Made by a program: the position numbers and the translations under genes. From Schizochytrium sp. TIO01 (Eukaryota; Protista; Bigyra: Labyrinthulomycetes), in NCBI GenBank assembly GCA_004764695.1, contig SMSO01000006.1, positions 883,859 through 947,858 on the forward strand: a stretch of 64,000 nt of DNA, given 5' to 3'. Below are positions 48,527 through 59,160 of the stretch, in pieces (the first letter of the stretch is position 1; each line of letters begins with the position of its first letter). Under the pieces are notes generated by a model that was not told where the DNA came from, made no database searches, and saw nothing but the letters and a program-made list of their open reading frames with translations.

Positions 48527-51500
48527 CTGAAGCAGGCAGACAAACAAACGAACAGGAATGGGTGAGTGTCGGAATTTGAGTTTGAAAGAGAAAGAGAGGC
48601 CGATTGAGCGAAGACGCCAGCAACGGCAGCAGCAACAGCAGCAATAGCAACAACCAAAACAACAACAGCAAGTAATGAGCAAGTTAGGATCCCATTTTTC
48701 AACGCCACAACTTTTGAAGCAAGCCACGAATTCATAATAGAATAACTAAAATAAATCGGTCAATCACCCGACCAAAGAACGCATGAACTTACGAAGATCC
48801 ATCAGCAGCGCAAGGCTCCACAACGCGCCCAGCTCCACCAACGTTATCATGCTCGCTCTCGGGCTCTGCAGAAGGCTCGCTCGCAGGGTCTCCCGAGAAA
48901 CAGGAATCGGCTGAGGAGTCAATGTCCTCTTCGGGAGCACACACCTTTGCAAACAGTTCTTTGGGGCTTAAACCACGATAAACACCTTCCAAAATCAGAA
49001 CTGTCTCAGAGGAATAGAGAAAACCCAAGAGCACTGGTTAGTTGAAATTGAAGATCACAGAAGGTCTCGCAACTCCATGGATATAGTTTCGAGCAACCAA
49101 CGAAGGAAAGGCTCTGTGCAAACTAAGAGCAGTAGCAGAGGCGACTCAACTTACTAAATTTTAACAGAATCGCGTGCTTTGTGAAGAGACTTCGCGATGG
49201 CCTTGGCGCCCTCAGTGCCAATGTTGGTGTTGGAAATACTGTGTGTGCTCAAGAAAAGAGACAATACATTTTCATCAGTCAGCGAGTTAGTGAGTGAGTG
49301 CGTCAGTGAGTTAGTGAGTGAGTGCGTCAGTGAATTCCATCCACGGAAGAAGTCTTCTTGCTTTGCTTTTCTCTTAGCGTTGTGGGTTTTGAGTTGTTTC
49401 TCCACTTTTACAACAGTGCAATGCTGAGCTCATTCCAGTTCTTCTCCTCTATTATTCAATCACCTGATTGTTCACTATTTGAAACTGAGTTCTGCAAATT
49501 AAGAATCAGCTGCAGAGAATGAAACTGCAGAGAATGAAAAGAAGAAAACAGAGATGTGATCTTTCTGTGGATCAAACGTACTACAATGATTGAAGGTTCA
49601 CGCATTTCTCCAGTGCCTTGGCGACGGAGATGGCGCCCTCAGTGCCAATGTTGTTGTTGTCAAGACTGTGTGTGCTCAAGAAAAGAGACAATACATTTTC
49701 ATTTCATCAGTCAGTGAGTGAGTGCGTCAGTGAGTTAGTGAGTGAATGCGTCAGTGAATTCCATCCACGGAAGAAGTCTTCTTGCTTTGCTTTTCTCTTA
49801 GCGTTGTGGGTTTTGAGTTGTTTCTCCACTTTTACAACAGTGCAATGGTGTGCTCATTCCAGTTCTTCTCCTCTATTATTCAATCACCTGATTGTTCACT
49901 ATTTGAAACTGAGTTCTGCAAATTAAGAATCAGCTGCAGAGAATGAAACTGCAGAGAATGAAAAGAAGAAAACAGAGATGTGATCTTTCTGTGGATCAAA
50001 CGTACGACAATGATTGAAGGTTCACGCATTTCTCCAGTGCCTTCGCGACGGAGATGGCGCCCTCAGTGCCAATGTTGTTGTTTCAAGACTGTGTGTGCTC
50101 AAGAAAAGAGACAATACATTTTCATTTTCATCAGTCAGTGAGTGAGTGCGTCAGTGAGTTAGTGAGTGAATGCGTCAGTGAATTCCATCCACGGAAGAAG
50201 TCTTCTTGCTTTGCTTTTCTCTTAGCGTTGTGGGTTTTGAGTTGTTTCTCCACTTTTACAACAGTGCAATGGTGTGCTCATTCCAGTTCTTCTCCTCTAT
50301 TATTCAATCACCTGATTGTTCACTATTTGAAACTGAGTTCTGCAAATTAAGAATCAGCTGCAGAGAATGAAACTGCAGAGAATGAAAAGAAGAAAACAGA
50401 GATGTGATCTTTCTGTGGATCAAACGTACTATAATGATTGAAGGTTCACGCATTTCTCCAGTGCCTTGGCGAAAGCTTCGGAACAATCAATTTTGTTGTT
50501 GGAAAGACTGTGTGTGCTCAAGAAAAGAGACAATACATTTTCATTTTCATCAGTCAGTGAGTGAGTGCGTCAGTGAGTTAGTGAGTGAATGCGTCAGTGA
50601 ATTCCATCCACGGAAGAAGTCTTCTTGCTTTGCTTTTCTCTTAGCGTTGTGGGTTTTGAGTTGTTTCTCCACTTTTACAACAGTGCAATGGTGTGCTCAT
50701 TCCAGTTCTTCTCCTCTATTATTCAATCACCTGATTGTTCACTATTTGAAACTGAGTTCTGCAAATTAAGAATCAGCTGCAGAGAATGAAACTGCAGAGA
50801 ATGAAAAGAAGAAAACAGAGATGTGATCTTTCTGTGGATCAAACGTACTATAATGTTTGAAGGTTCACGCATTTCTCCAGTGCCTTCGCGACGGAGATGG
50901 CGCCCTCAGTGCCAATGTTGTTGTTTTCAAGACTGTGTGTGCTCAAGAAAAGAGACAATACATTTTCATCAGTCAGTGAGTGAGTGCGTCAGTGAGTTAG
51001 TGAGTGAGTGCGTCAGTGAATTCCATCCACGGAAGAAGTCTTCTTGCTTTGCTTTTCTCTTAGCGTTGTGGGTTTTGAGTTGTTTCTCCACTTTTACAAC
51101 AGTGCAATGGTGTGCTCATTCCAGTTCTTCTCCTCTATTATTCAATCACCTGATTGTTCACTATTTGAAACTGAGTTCTGCAAATTAAGAATCAGCTGCA
51201 GAGAATGAAACTGCAGAGAATGAAAAGAAGAAAACAGAGATGTGATCTTTCTGTGGATCAAACGTACGACAATGATTGAAGGTTCACGCATTTCTCCAGT
51301 GCCTTCGCGACGGAGATGGCGCCCTCAGTGCCAATGTTGTTGTTGGAAAGACTGTGTGTGCTCAAGAAAAGAGACAATACATTTTCATCAGTCAGTGAGT
51401 GAGTGCGTCAGTGAGTTAGTGAGTGAGTGCGTCAGTGAATTCCATCCACGGAAGAAGTCTTCTTGCTTTGCTTTTCTCTTAGCGTTGTGGGTTTTGAGTT

Positions 51501-54500
51501 GTTTCTCCACTTTTACAACAGTGCAATGGTGTGCTCATTCCAGTTCTTCTCCTCTATTATTCAATCACCTGATTGTTCACTATTTGAAACTGAGTTCTGC
51601 AAATTAAGAATCAGCTGCAGAGAATGAAACTGCAGAGAATGAAAAGAAGAAAACAGAGATGTGATCTTTCTGTGGATCAAACGTACGACAATGATTGAAG
51701 GTTCACGCATTTCTCCAGTGCCTTCGCGACGGAGATGGCGCCCTCAGTGCCAATGTTGTTGTTGGAAAGACTGTGTGTGCTCAAGAAAAGAGACAATACA
51801 TTTTCATTTTCATCAGTCAGTGAGTGAGTGCGTCAGTGAGTTAGTGAGTGAATGCGTCAGTGAATTCCATCCACGGAAGAAGTCTTCTTGCTTTGCTTTT
51901 CTCTTAGCGTTGTGGGTTTTGAGTTGTTTCTCCACTTTTACAACAGTGCAATGGTGTGCTCATTCCAGTTCTTCTCCTCTATTATTCAATCACCTGATTG
52001 TTCACTATTTGAAACTGAGTTCTGCAAATTAAGAATCAGCTGCAGAGAATGAAACTGCAGAGAATGAAAAGAAGAAAACAGAGATGTGATCTTTCTGTGG
52101 ATCAAACGTACTATAATGTTTGAAGGTTCACGCATTTCTCCAGTGCCTTCGCGACGGAGATGGCGCCCTCAGTGCCAATGTTGTTGTTGGAAAGACTGTG
52201 TGTGCTCAAGAAAAGAGACAATACATTTTCATTTTCATCAGTCAGTGAGTGAGTGCGTCAGTGAGTTAGTGAGTGAATGCGTCAGTGAATTCCATCCACG
52301 GAAGAAGTCTTCTTGCTTTGCTTTTCTCTTAGCGTTGTGGGTTTTGAGTTGTTTCTCCACTTTTACAACAGTGCAATGGTGTGCTCATTCCAGTTCTTCT
52401 CCTCTATTATTCAATCACCTGATTGTTCACTATTTGAAACTGAGTTCTGCAAATTAAGAATCAGCTGCAGAGAATGAAACTGCAGAGAATGAAAAGAAGA
52501 AAACAGAGATGTGATCTTTCTGTGGATCAAACGTACTACAATGATTGAAGGTTCACGCATTTCTCCAGTGCCTTGGCGACGGAGATGGCGCCCTCAGTGC
52601 CAATGTTGTTGTAGGAAAGACTGTGTGTGCTCAAGAAAAGAGACAATACATTTTCATTCAGTCAGTGAGTTAGTGAGTGAGTGCGTCAGTGAGTTAGTGA
52701 GTGAATGCGTCAGTGAATTCCATCCACGGAAGAAGTCTTCTTGCTTTGCTTTTCTCTTAGCGTTGTGGGTTTTGAGTTGTTTCTCCACTTTTACAACAGT
52801 GCAATGGTGTGCTCATTCCAGTTCTTCTCCTCTATTATTCAATCACCTGATTGTTCACTATTTGAAACTGAGTTCTGCAAATTAAGAATCAGCTGCAGAG
52901 AATGAAACTGCAGAGAATGAAAAGAAGAAAACAGAGATGTGATCTTTCTGTGGATCAAACGTACTATAATGTTTGAAGGTTCACGCATTTCTCCAGTGCC
53001 TTCGCGATGGCCTTGGCGCCCTCAGTGCCAATGTTGGTGTTGGAAATACTGTGTGTGCTCAAGAAAAGAGACAATACATTTTCATCAGTCAGCGAGTTAG
53101 TGAGTGAGTGCGTCAGTGAGTTAGTGAGTGAGTGCGTCAGTGAATTCCATCCACGGAAGAAGTCTTCTTGCTTTGCTTTTCTCTTAGCGTTGTGGGTTTT
53201 GAGTTGTTTCTCCACTTTTACAACAGTGCAATGGTGTGCTCATTCCAGTTCTTCTCCTCTATTATTCAATCACCTGATTGTTCACTATTTGAAACTGAGT
53301 TCTGCAAATTAAGAATCAGCTGCAGAGAATGAAACTGCAGAGAATGAAAAGAAGAAAACAGAGATGTGATCTTTCTGTGGATCAAACGTACGACAATGAT
53401 TGAAGGTTCACGCATTTCTCCAGTGCCTTGGCGACGGAGATGGCGCCCTCAGTGCCAATGTTGTTGTAGGAAAGACTGTGTGTGCTCAAGAAAAGAGACA
53501 ATACATTTTCATCAGTCAGTGAGTTAGTGAGTGAGTGCGTCAGTGAGTTAGTGAGTGAATGCGTCAGTGAATTCCATCCACGGAAGAAGTCTTCTTGCTT
53601 TGCTTTTCTCTTAGCGTTGTGGGTTTTGAGTTGTTTCTCCACTTTTACAACAGTGCAATGGTGTGCTCATTCCAGTTCTTCTCCTCTATTATTCAATCAC
53701 CTGATTGTTCACTATTTGAAACTGAGTTCTGCAAATTAAGAATCAGCTGCAGAGAATGAAACTGCAGAGAATGAAAAGAAGAAAACAGAGATGTGATCTT
53801 TCTGTGGATCAAACGTACGACAATGATTGAAGGTTCACGCATTTCTCCAGTGCCTTCGCGACGGAGATGGCGCCCTCAGTGCCAATGTTGTTGTTGGAAA
53901 GACTGTGTGTGCTCAAGAAAAGAGACAATACATTTTCATCAGTCAGTGAGTGAGTGCGTCAGTGAGTTAGTGAGTGAGTGCGTCAGTGAATTCCATCCAC
54001 GGAAGAAGTCTTCTTGCTTTGCTTTTCTCTTAGCGTTGTGGGTTTTGAGTTGTTTCTCCACTTTTACAACAGTGCAATGGTGTGCTCATTCCAGTTCTTC
54101 TCCTCTATTATTCAATCACCTGATTGTTCACTATTTGAAACTGAGTTCTGCAAATTAAGAATCAGCTGCAGAGAATGAAACTGCAGAGAATGAAAAGAAG
54201 AAAACAGAGATGTGATCTTTCTGTGGATCAAACGTACTCTAATGATTGAAGGTTCACGCATTTCTCCAGTGCCTTCGCGACGGAGATGGCGCCCTCAGTG
54301 CCAATGTTGTTGTTGAAAAGACTATTTGTGTTTTGTATGTTGTAGAAAATGAGTAAGTACGCCATCTTCAAGTCACTATTACCATTCCAAAGCTGTTGCT
54401 AAAACCTTGCTTTACATTTTGAATCACATTGAGAACGCCGTGTCGCGATCTGTCGATTCATTCCGCCATGGCCGACTTACTATATCGTCGTGGTATCTTT

Positions 54501-54533
54501 GCTGATGTCTCCAATGCTATTTGCCTTGGTCAT
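45841..54533 (-). CDS. LRR-array / coiled-coil / kinase / RING-RING2(IBR)-like protein, 16 exons, about 1330-1345 aa if two 1-nt frame defects are resolved
   Basis: Exon 1 is 54533-54481 (MTKANSIGDISKDTTTI). LRR exons: 54321-54238, 53902-53819, 53475-53392, 53048-52965, 52620-52537, 52195-52112, 51770-51687, 51351-51268, 50932-50849, 50507-50430 (78 nt), 50088-50006 (83 nt), 49665-49582, 49238-49155. Linker exon 49000 (or 48966)-48793. Terminal exon 48526-45841. All boundaries are GT..AG and phase 2 in the intended frame. Confidence 0.8.
49155..54321 (-). repeat. Tandem array of 12 intron+exon units (~419-428 nt) plus a bounding LRR exon
   Basis: Unit is GTACGTTTGATCC...CACACACAG intron (335-344 nt) plus an exon, usually 84 nt, encoding xLxxNNIGTEGAISVAKALEKCVNLQxL. 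Confidence 0.97.
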
Positions 54534-55075
54534 TGTCTTGCAGTGCCACCACCGATCAAGCTTGTCACGCTGTTTGTCTCTGCTTTGCTTTGTCGCTCTC
54601 AAGATCAGTTCTTAGAATCGCGCAACTTTCAAGAAAGGGAGAACTCCACGTGTGCGCTCGCGAGAGGGTCTGCAGACCAAGCCTTGTCCCGAAGCAACGC
54701 GGTGGTATGGCACGCGAGAGGATGCGGGATTGTCGTGGTAGCGTCTCTGTGTTAAAAATCTTCAAAGCTCAGGCTGACTTCGTTGTTTTGCTTTGCTTTG
54801 CTTTTTGTTTTTTCACTTTCCCTCTTTCTTTCTCTTCTTTCAAAGGTCCACTGTAAGAGTCAATTTTCCTGAGAGCGTGAAATGTGAAAACTGGATTCGG
54901 CAGTCCAAGCTGCATTACGCTATGGTAGGTCGGCTCTAACGCCAATGCAATAAGTCGCTGGACATCGGGGGCAGATGCGCAGGGTAGCGAAAGCCACGCA
55001 TGGGTTTCGCTTCACCTTTTTAACTAGAGAAAAGTAAAGTCGACTGAATAAATCAGATTGACTTTGATGAACTTA

Positions 55076-55125
55076 TTGGACGAAGTCCTTGGACGAAGTC
55101 CTTGGATGAAGTCTTTGGATAAAGT
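55076..55125. repeat. Short 13-mer tandem (TTGGACGAAGTCC) x3-4
   Basis: Direct degenerate repeats. Confidence 0.7.
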
Positions 55126-57302
55126 ATGGAAGGGAGGGATGTGATCTCATTATGATGCGCTAACTAATCAGTGTGATGGCAAAGGAAAGTCGAGTAGGGT
55201 GGACAATCTTCTGAAGTTTGGTGCAGGGTACTCTGGAAATATTCCTTATGAATTTTGAGGTAAAGCTGTGAAAACTTCAAAATCCCTTTTTATTCCTTTG
55301 CTTGATGCTTAAAGACCAACACAGATTCGCAGATGCTGCTATTTAATTTGTTTGGATTGCAGATAAGTTTGTGTATGTGTGTACAGACGCACAAAAGCTA
55401 TGAGTCTTACAATGGATGTTGTAGAATTTAGCAACTGTTCAACCTACTTGCCCTTCCGGTCGTATATTTCAACAGGCTCTACAGAAGACATTGAGCATGC
55501 TGGGGTTGCTAAAAGGACTTTGTTGTTGTACCACACGAAACGCCGTATTTTTATGCTAGAAAGTACTCTATATTGACACTAGTCCTGATAGGCTTACATA
55601 CTACGAATCAATACATGGAGTTAGCAAAACCCGATTACTATCTTCGGGGTCGACAGCGTTAGAAAAAGTAGATAAGCTGTTTCATCTTTCAAGTGCTCAA
55701 GTTGCATTGATAATTCTTATGTATCTTAAAATAAATGTTATACTTTGGGGGTTAAAATAAATAGGAAAGCTAAACTGGATAAACTGTTTACCTCAGAGTA
55801 TTGATTCGCTAGATTCGATTGCTTTTTATACTTTATAAAAAGTCGTTTTGATGCCTATGTTTTCTTCATCGGTATTTAGGGTCCTCGCGAACGTAAAAAA
55901 CGTGCGTCGTATCTGTTTTCTATGCACACTCCTTTTGGTTCTCTGTTTATGCTGCTTGTAGTCTGGAAGAAGAGTCAACTCAGCATCTTGCAAATTCTGT
56001 GTGACGCAGTAGTCCGCTCGGAATGTATTCCATTTGCCAGCAGATTGCTGACTTTTAATACCTCAGTCCACAAAGTCTTCGCAAGTATGTTGCGAGCCTT
56101 TAGACATTTGTCTTTATTTTGCTAACAAATCTGCTTTCAGCATACACTGATTGCTTTAAGTATTTTATAAACAAAGTTTTGTTAATAAATTTGGAGATGA
56201 GATAGCCTTCCTTTGTATTGTTTTCTAGTTGAACGGATTGGATTGCATAAAATCACTATATAAAATACTACAATTGTTCATATCAATTAACTTGACTTTC
56301 CAGCTGACTAAAGAAGTATCCAATTGTATTCGTTGCTTGAAATATGAATGGTGGCATTATAAACAGTGATTTTTTCTTGACCAGAAGGTATAGATCGAAT
56401 ACATCAATGTGAGTGGCCATTTACCTTTCTTGAACTCTTTGTTTCTAAAGCTCAATCTCAAACTCAACCTAAAGTAGCTCAGGTTGGCCATTATGCAAGG
56501 GTCTGGCGAACAATACTAATACTATTGCTCGCAACCACAACTTGTAATACCAACTGAATTTATTTAAACACAAAATGTCGTATAGCAAGCGTTCTATCAA
56601 TATTGTTTGTATGGTAAGCCTTCAAAGCATGTACAACAAATATAAACCCCACATAAAGCTGCAGCAGGTTCGCAGATAGCGCATAAATATTCCCGCAGAG
56701 CTAACGAGCTAGCTCTAGGGTGCAATATTGCAGACAAGACAACGCCGGCGCCAACGTTCTAACGGATGGAAGAAGATATGTTTCAATACAAGCAAACGCA
56801 TGCGACTGGGCAAGCTTAGTACTCCATGCGCTGTTTTTATCAAGCTAGAGTACTGGAACCAATGAATCGATACTCCTTTCGCAATACACAGCTCAAAGCA
56901 TCGACATCAGACACACAGCACAAAACATCGATATCAGGTAAAAGCTCAGCTGGTTTCGCGCTACGGCTTTTGCGTGAGTGTGTTGTGCCATCGCTAGCTG
57001 TGTCAGCTTGTGTCGCGTGGTGCCGTGCCAAGTTCACCTCACAGGCCGCCAGCAGCGTTGAATTGCCAAACACCAAATTGAGACACTTCGTTGACTTGTG
57101 GCGTGCTGCCACGCCCACTGTGAAACTTGTGGAAGTCTGTGTAATGGAATGCGTAGGAACAAGATAATACTGTATTGCTGTAGCAGTGAGCCACAGTGTA
57201 GACCCACGAAGCAGAGCGCACAATATGCCTGGCCACCCTGGAGGCTAAAAGCTGTTGTGAGTTGCTCTAGCCTGGCAGGCTGTGTCTTTCATCACTATTG
57301 AC

Positions 57303-57394
57303 CGCATCACATTGCATCACATTGCATCACATTGCATCACATTGCATCACATTGCATCACATTGCATCGCATCGCATCACATCACATCGCATCG
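57303..57394. repeat. (ATTGCATCAC)n decamer minisatellite decaying to (ATCGC/ATCAC)n
   Basis: Direct run. Confidence 0.9.
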
Positions 57395-59044
57395 CTATCT
57401 CGCTCTCGGTGCTTCCTCAGCGTCCGAGTCGTCAACTGACGCATTGAACTAATTTTTATTTTTATTAATTCTTATGATATATATATTCCAAATTAAAATT
57501 AACATAACGATAATAATGATTTATAAAACAAGATAGTTATTATAATTGTTATTGTTATAGTAATTGTTGTTTGGGGAAATAATAATAAACAAGCATGAGC
57601 CGATTCACATGCACTAACCTTTTGCTGGCCTTGGCGCAAAGCCTGCTTAGATGCGCGGAAGAACACGCATGTCAAGTTCCGCCAGACTAACTTGCCCTGG
57701 GCGTAGGTGACCTCAGCCGCCTCGACCAACATCGAAGCATCAGCAACCCCTCTGTGCCGCTCTGAGGGCAAAGATAAGACGAAAGCTTCCCTCAATCGCA
57801 TTCTCGTGTAGGTATCAATCGATCCGTAGAGCCCCTGAGATGATTATCGCTAGCCACAATCTCTTTCTTTGTGTGAAGGTCTACTTGCTCTGCGTGCTCC
57901 TCGCTGGCCATCGCCATGCGAGCCCGCCCGTCGCCGCCAATACCGTCTTCACAGTCGTCTTCGAGGCCACATCGAGAACCAGCAAAGGACTCCAAACGGA
58001 GATAGGCGCTCTTGAGAGTTTTGCCAGCATTGGGAATCCGCCGAGAGCCATGCAACGCACGCCTGGTTCTGACTTAGACCAGGGCGTCATTGTGAGTGCG
58101 AGAGCAATCAATCAATCAATCAATCCTCAGAGACAAGCGCTCAGCCACGAGGAGCGAACCTAAGAGCTGCATGTCTCTTGGAGGGCCCAGATCAACAAAC
58201 ACGACGACAACGGAGACTCTGAAGCACAGTGGCGATCGCTTAGAGGCGTCGCAGACTATCTCTCATCTCGCTCCTTGTGCCCAGTTCGTTGAGCCAATCG
58301 CAGCGCAGTGCCGACACGAGCAGAGAGCGGAGGAGGCACACTGCTCAGAGGTCCGCAGATCAACCTTTGGGCCCTGAGCCTGAAATGGAGCTCGTGCATC
58401 CCACGCAGCAGAGCGTTGCCGAAGGAGGACGTGTCCTCGTTCCTGCGACGTTTGCATTCATGGTGCTGCTCCGCTTTCGTACGATTAGAGCACGGCACAT
58501 CGATCGTGAGCATGGATGAGCTTGAAGCTCGCGATTGCGCACAGCAGCAGCAAATGCTCCTGCGATTGATTCATGGAAACGACGACAGCAGTTGAGCTCC
58601 CGATCCAGGACCTCAGCTCAAGCCGGAGGAGCGGAGCAGCTGGCGCTCTTCCCGTTCCTTGAGAAGCCAATCGCCGCCAGCGTCAGCGTGGGCTCGTTCG
58701 TGTGCTCTTCAAGTCGAGGAATGGTCGAGTTGGTTATGAAAGCAGTCGAAGAGGTGAGTGGAAAGAAGTCCGTCTTTCTGATCGACTGAGTTCGGGTTCG
58801 TCCACCACCACTACAAAACTAAACTGAGGTGCCTGCATCATCCGCTCTGACGCGGGCGCCGTCTCGTCTCGGAGGGAGCAGAGCAGGAGAACCAGCTTGA
58901 GGAGAATGAGGAGACGGAGAAGAAAGCTCTGGGCTGCGCTCCGTCGAAACGCCGCGCGAGGCCATTGAGCTATGGCAAGCGAGCAAAGGGCAAGATTCGA
59001 GGAGGGATTCATTCTCAGGCGAAAGCATTGATTGACTCGAATAG

Positions 59045-59160
59045 AGAAAAAAGAAATTAATAAAAGAAACGAAAAGAAATGAAAAGAAATGAAAAGAAAT
59101 GAAAAGAAGTGAAAAGAAAAGAAAAGAAAAGAAATGAAAAGAAATGAGATTAAAAGAAAT
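59045..59160. repeat. (GAAAA/GAAAT)n pentamer repeat
   Basis: Direct run. Confidence 0.9.

Noticed and set aside
48527-48735. Signal-anchor or transmembrane N-terminus of the 964-aa ORF
   Set aside because: It is encoded by GCT/GTT microsatellite and a pyrimidine tract inside the intron 48792-48527.
49197-54158. Repeated plus-strand ORFs of 76-124 aa (...HPRKKSSCFAFLLALW...)
   Set aside because: Antisense read-through of the repeated intron and exon, including microsatellite-derived VSEC repeats; splice signals and LRR coding are on the minus strand.
49155-54321. CRISPR-like array (constant repeats with variable spacers)
   Set aside because: The repeats are ~340 nt with GT-AG ends, the spacers are homologous in-frame LRR exons, there are no cas genes, and the context is eukaryotic.
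49582-54321. DGR-style adenine mutagenesis (AAC-rich variable codons)
   Set aside because: No reverse transcriptase or template repeat in the window, and the same few variants recur exactly, which fits shuffling rather than fresh mutagenesis.
56826-57200. MULE/SWIM transposase remnant (HFVDL, CCHA); similar hint at 2889-3125
   Set aside because: Motifs are too short and split across frames to support a call.
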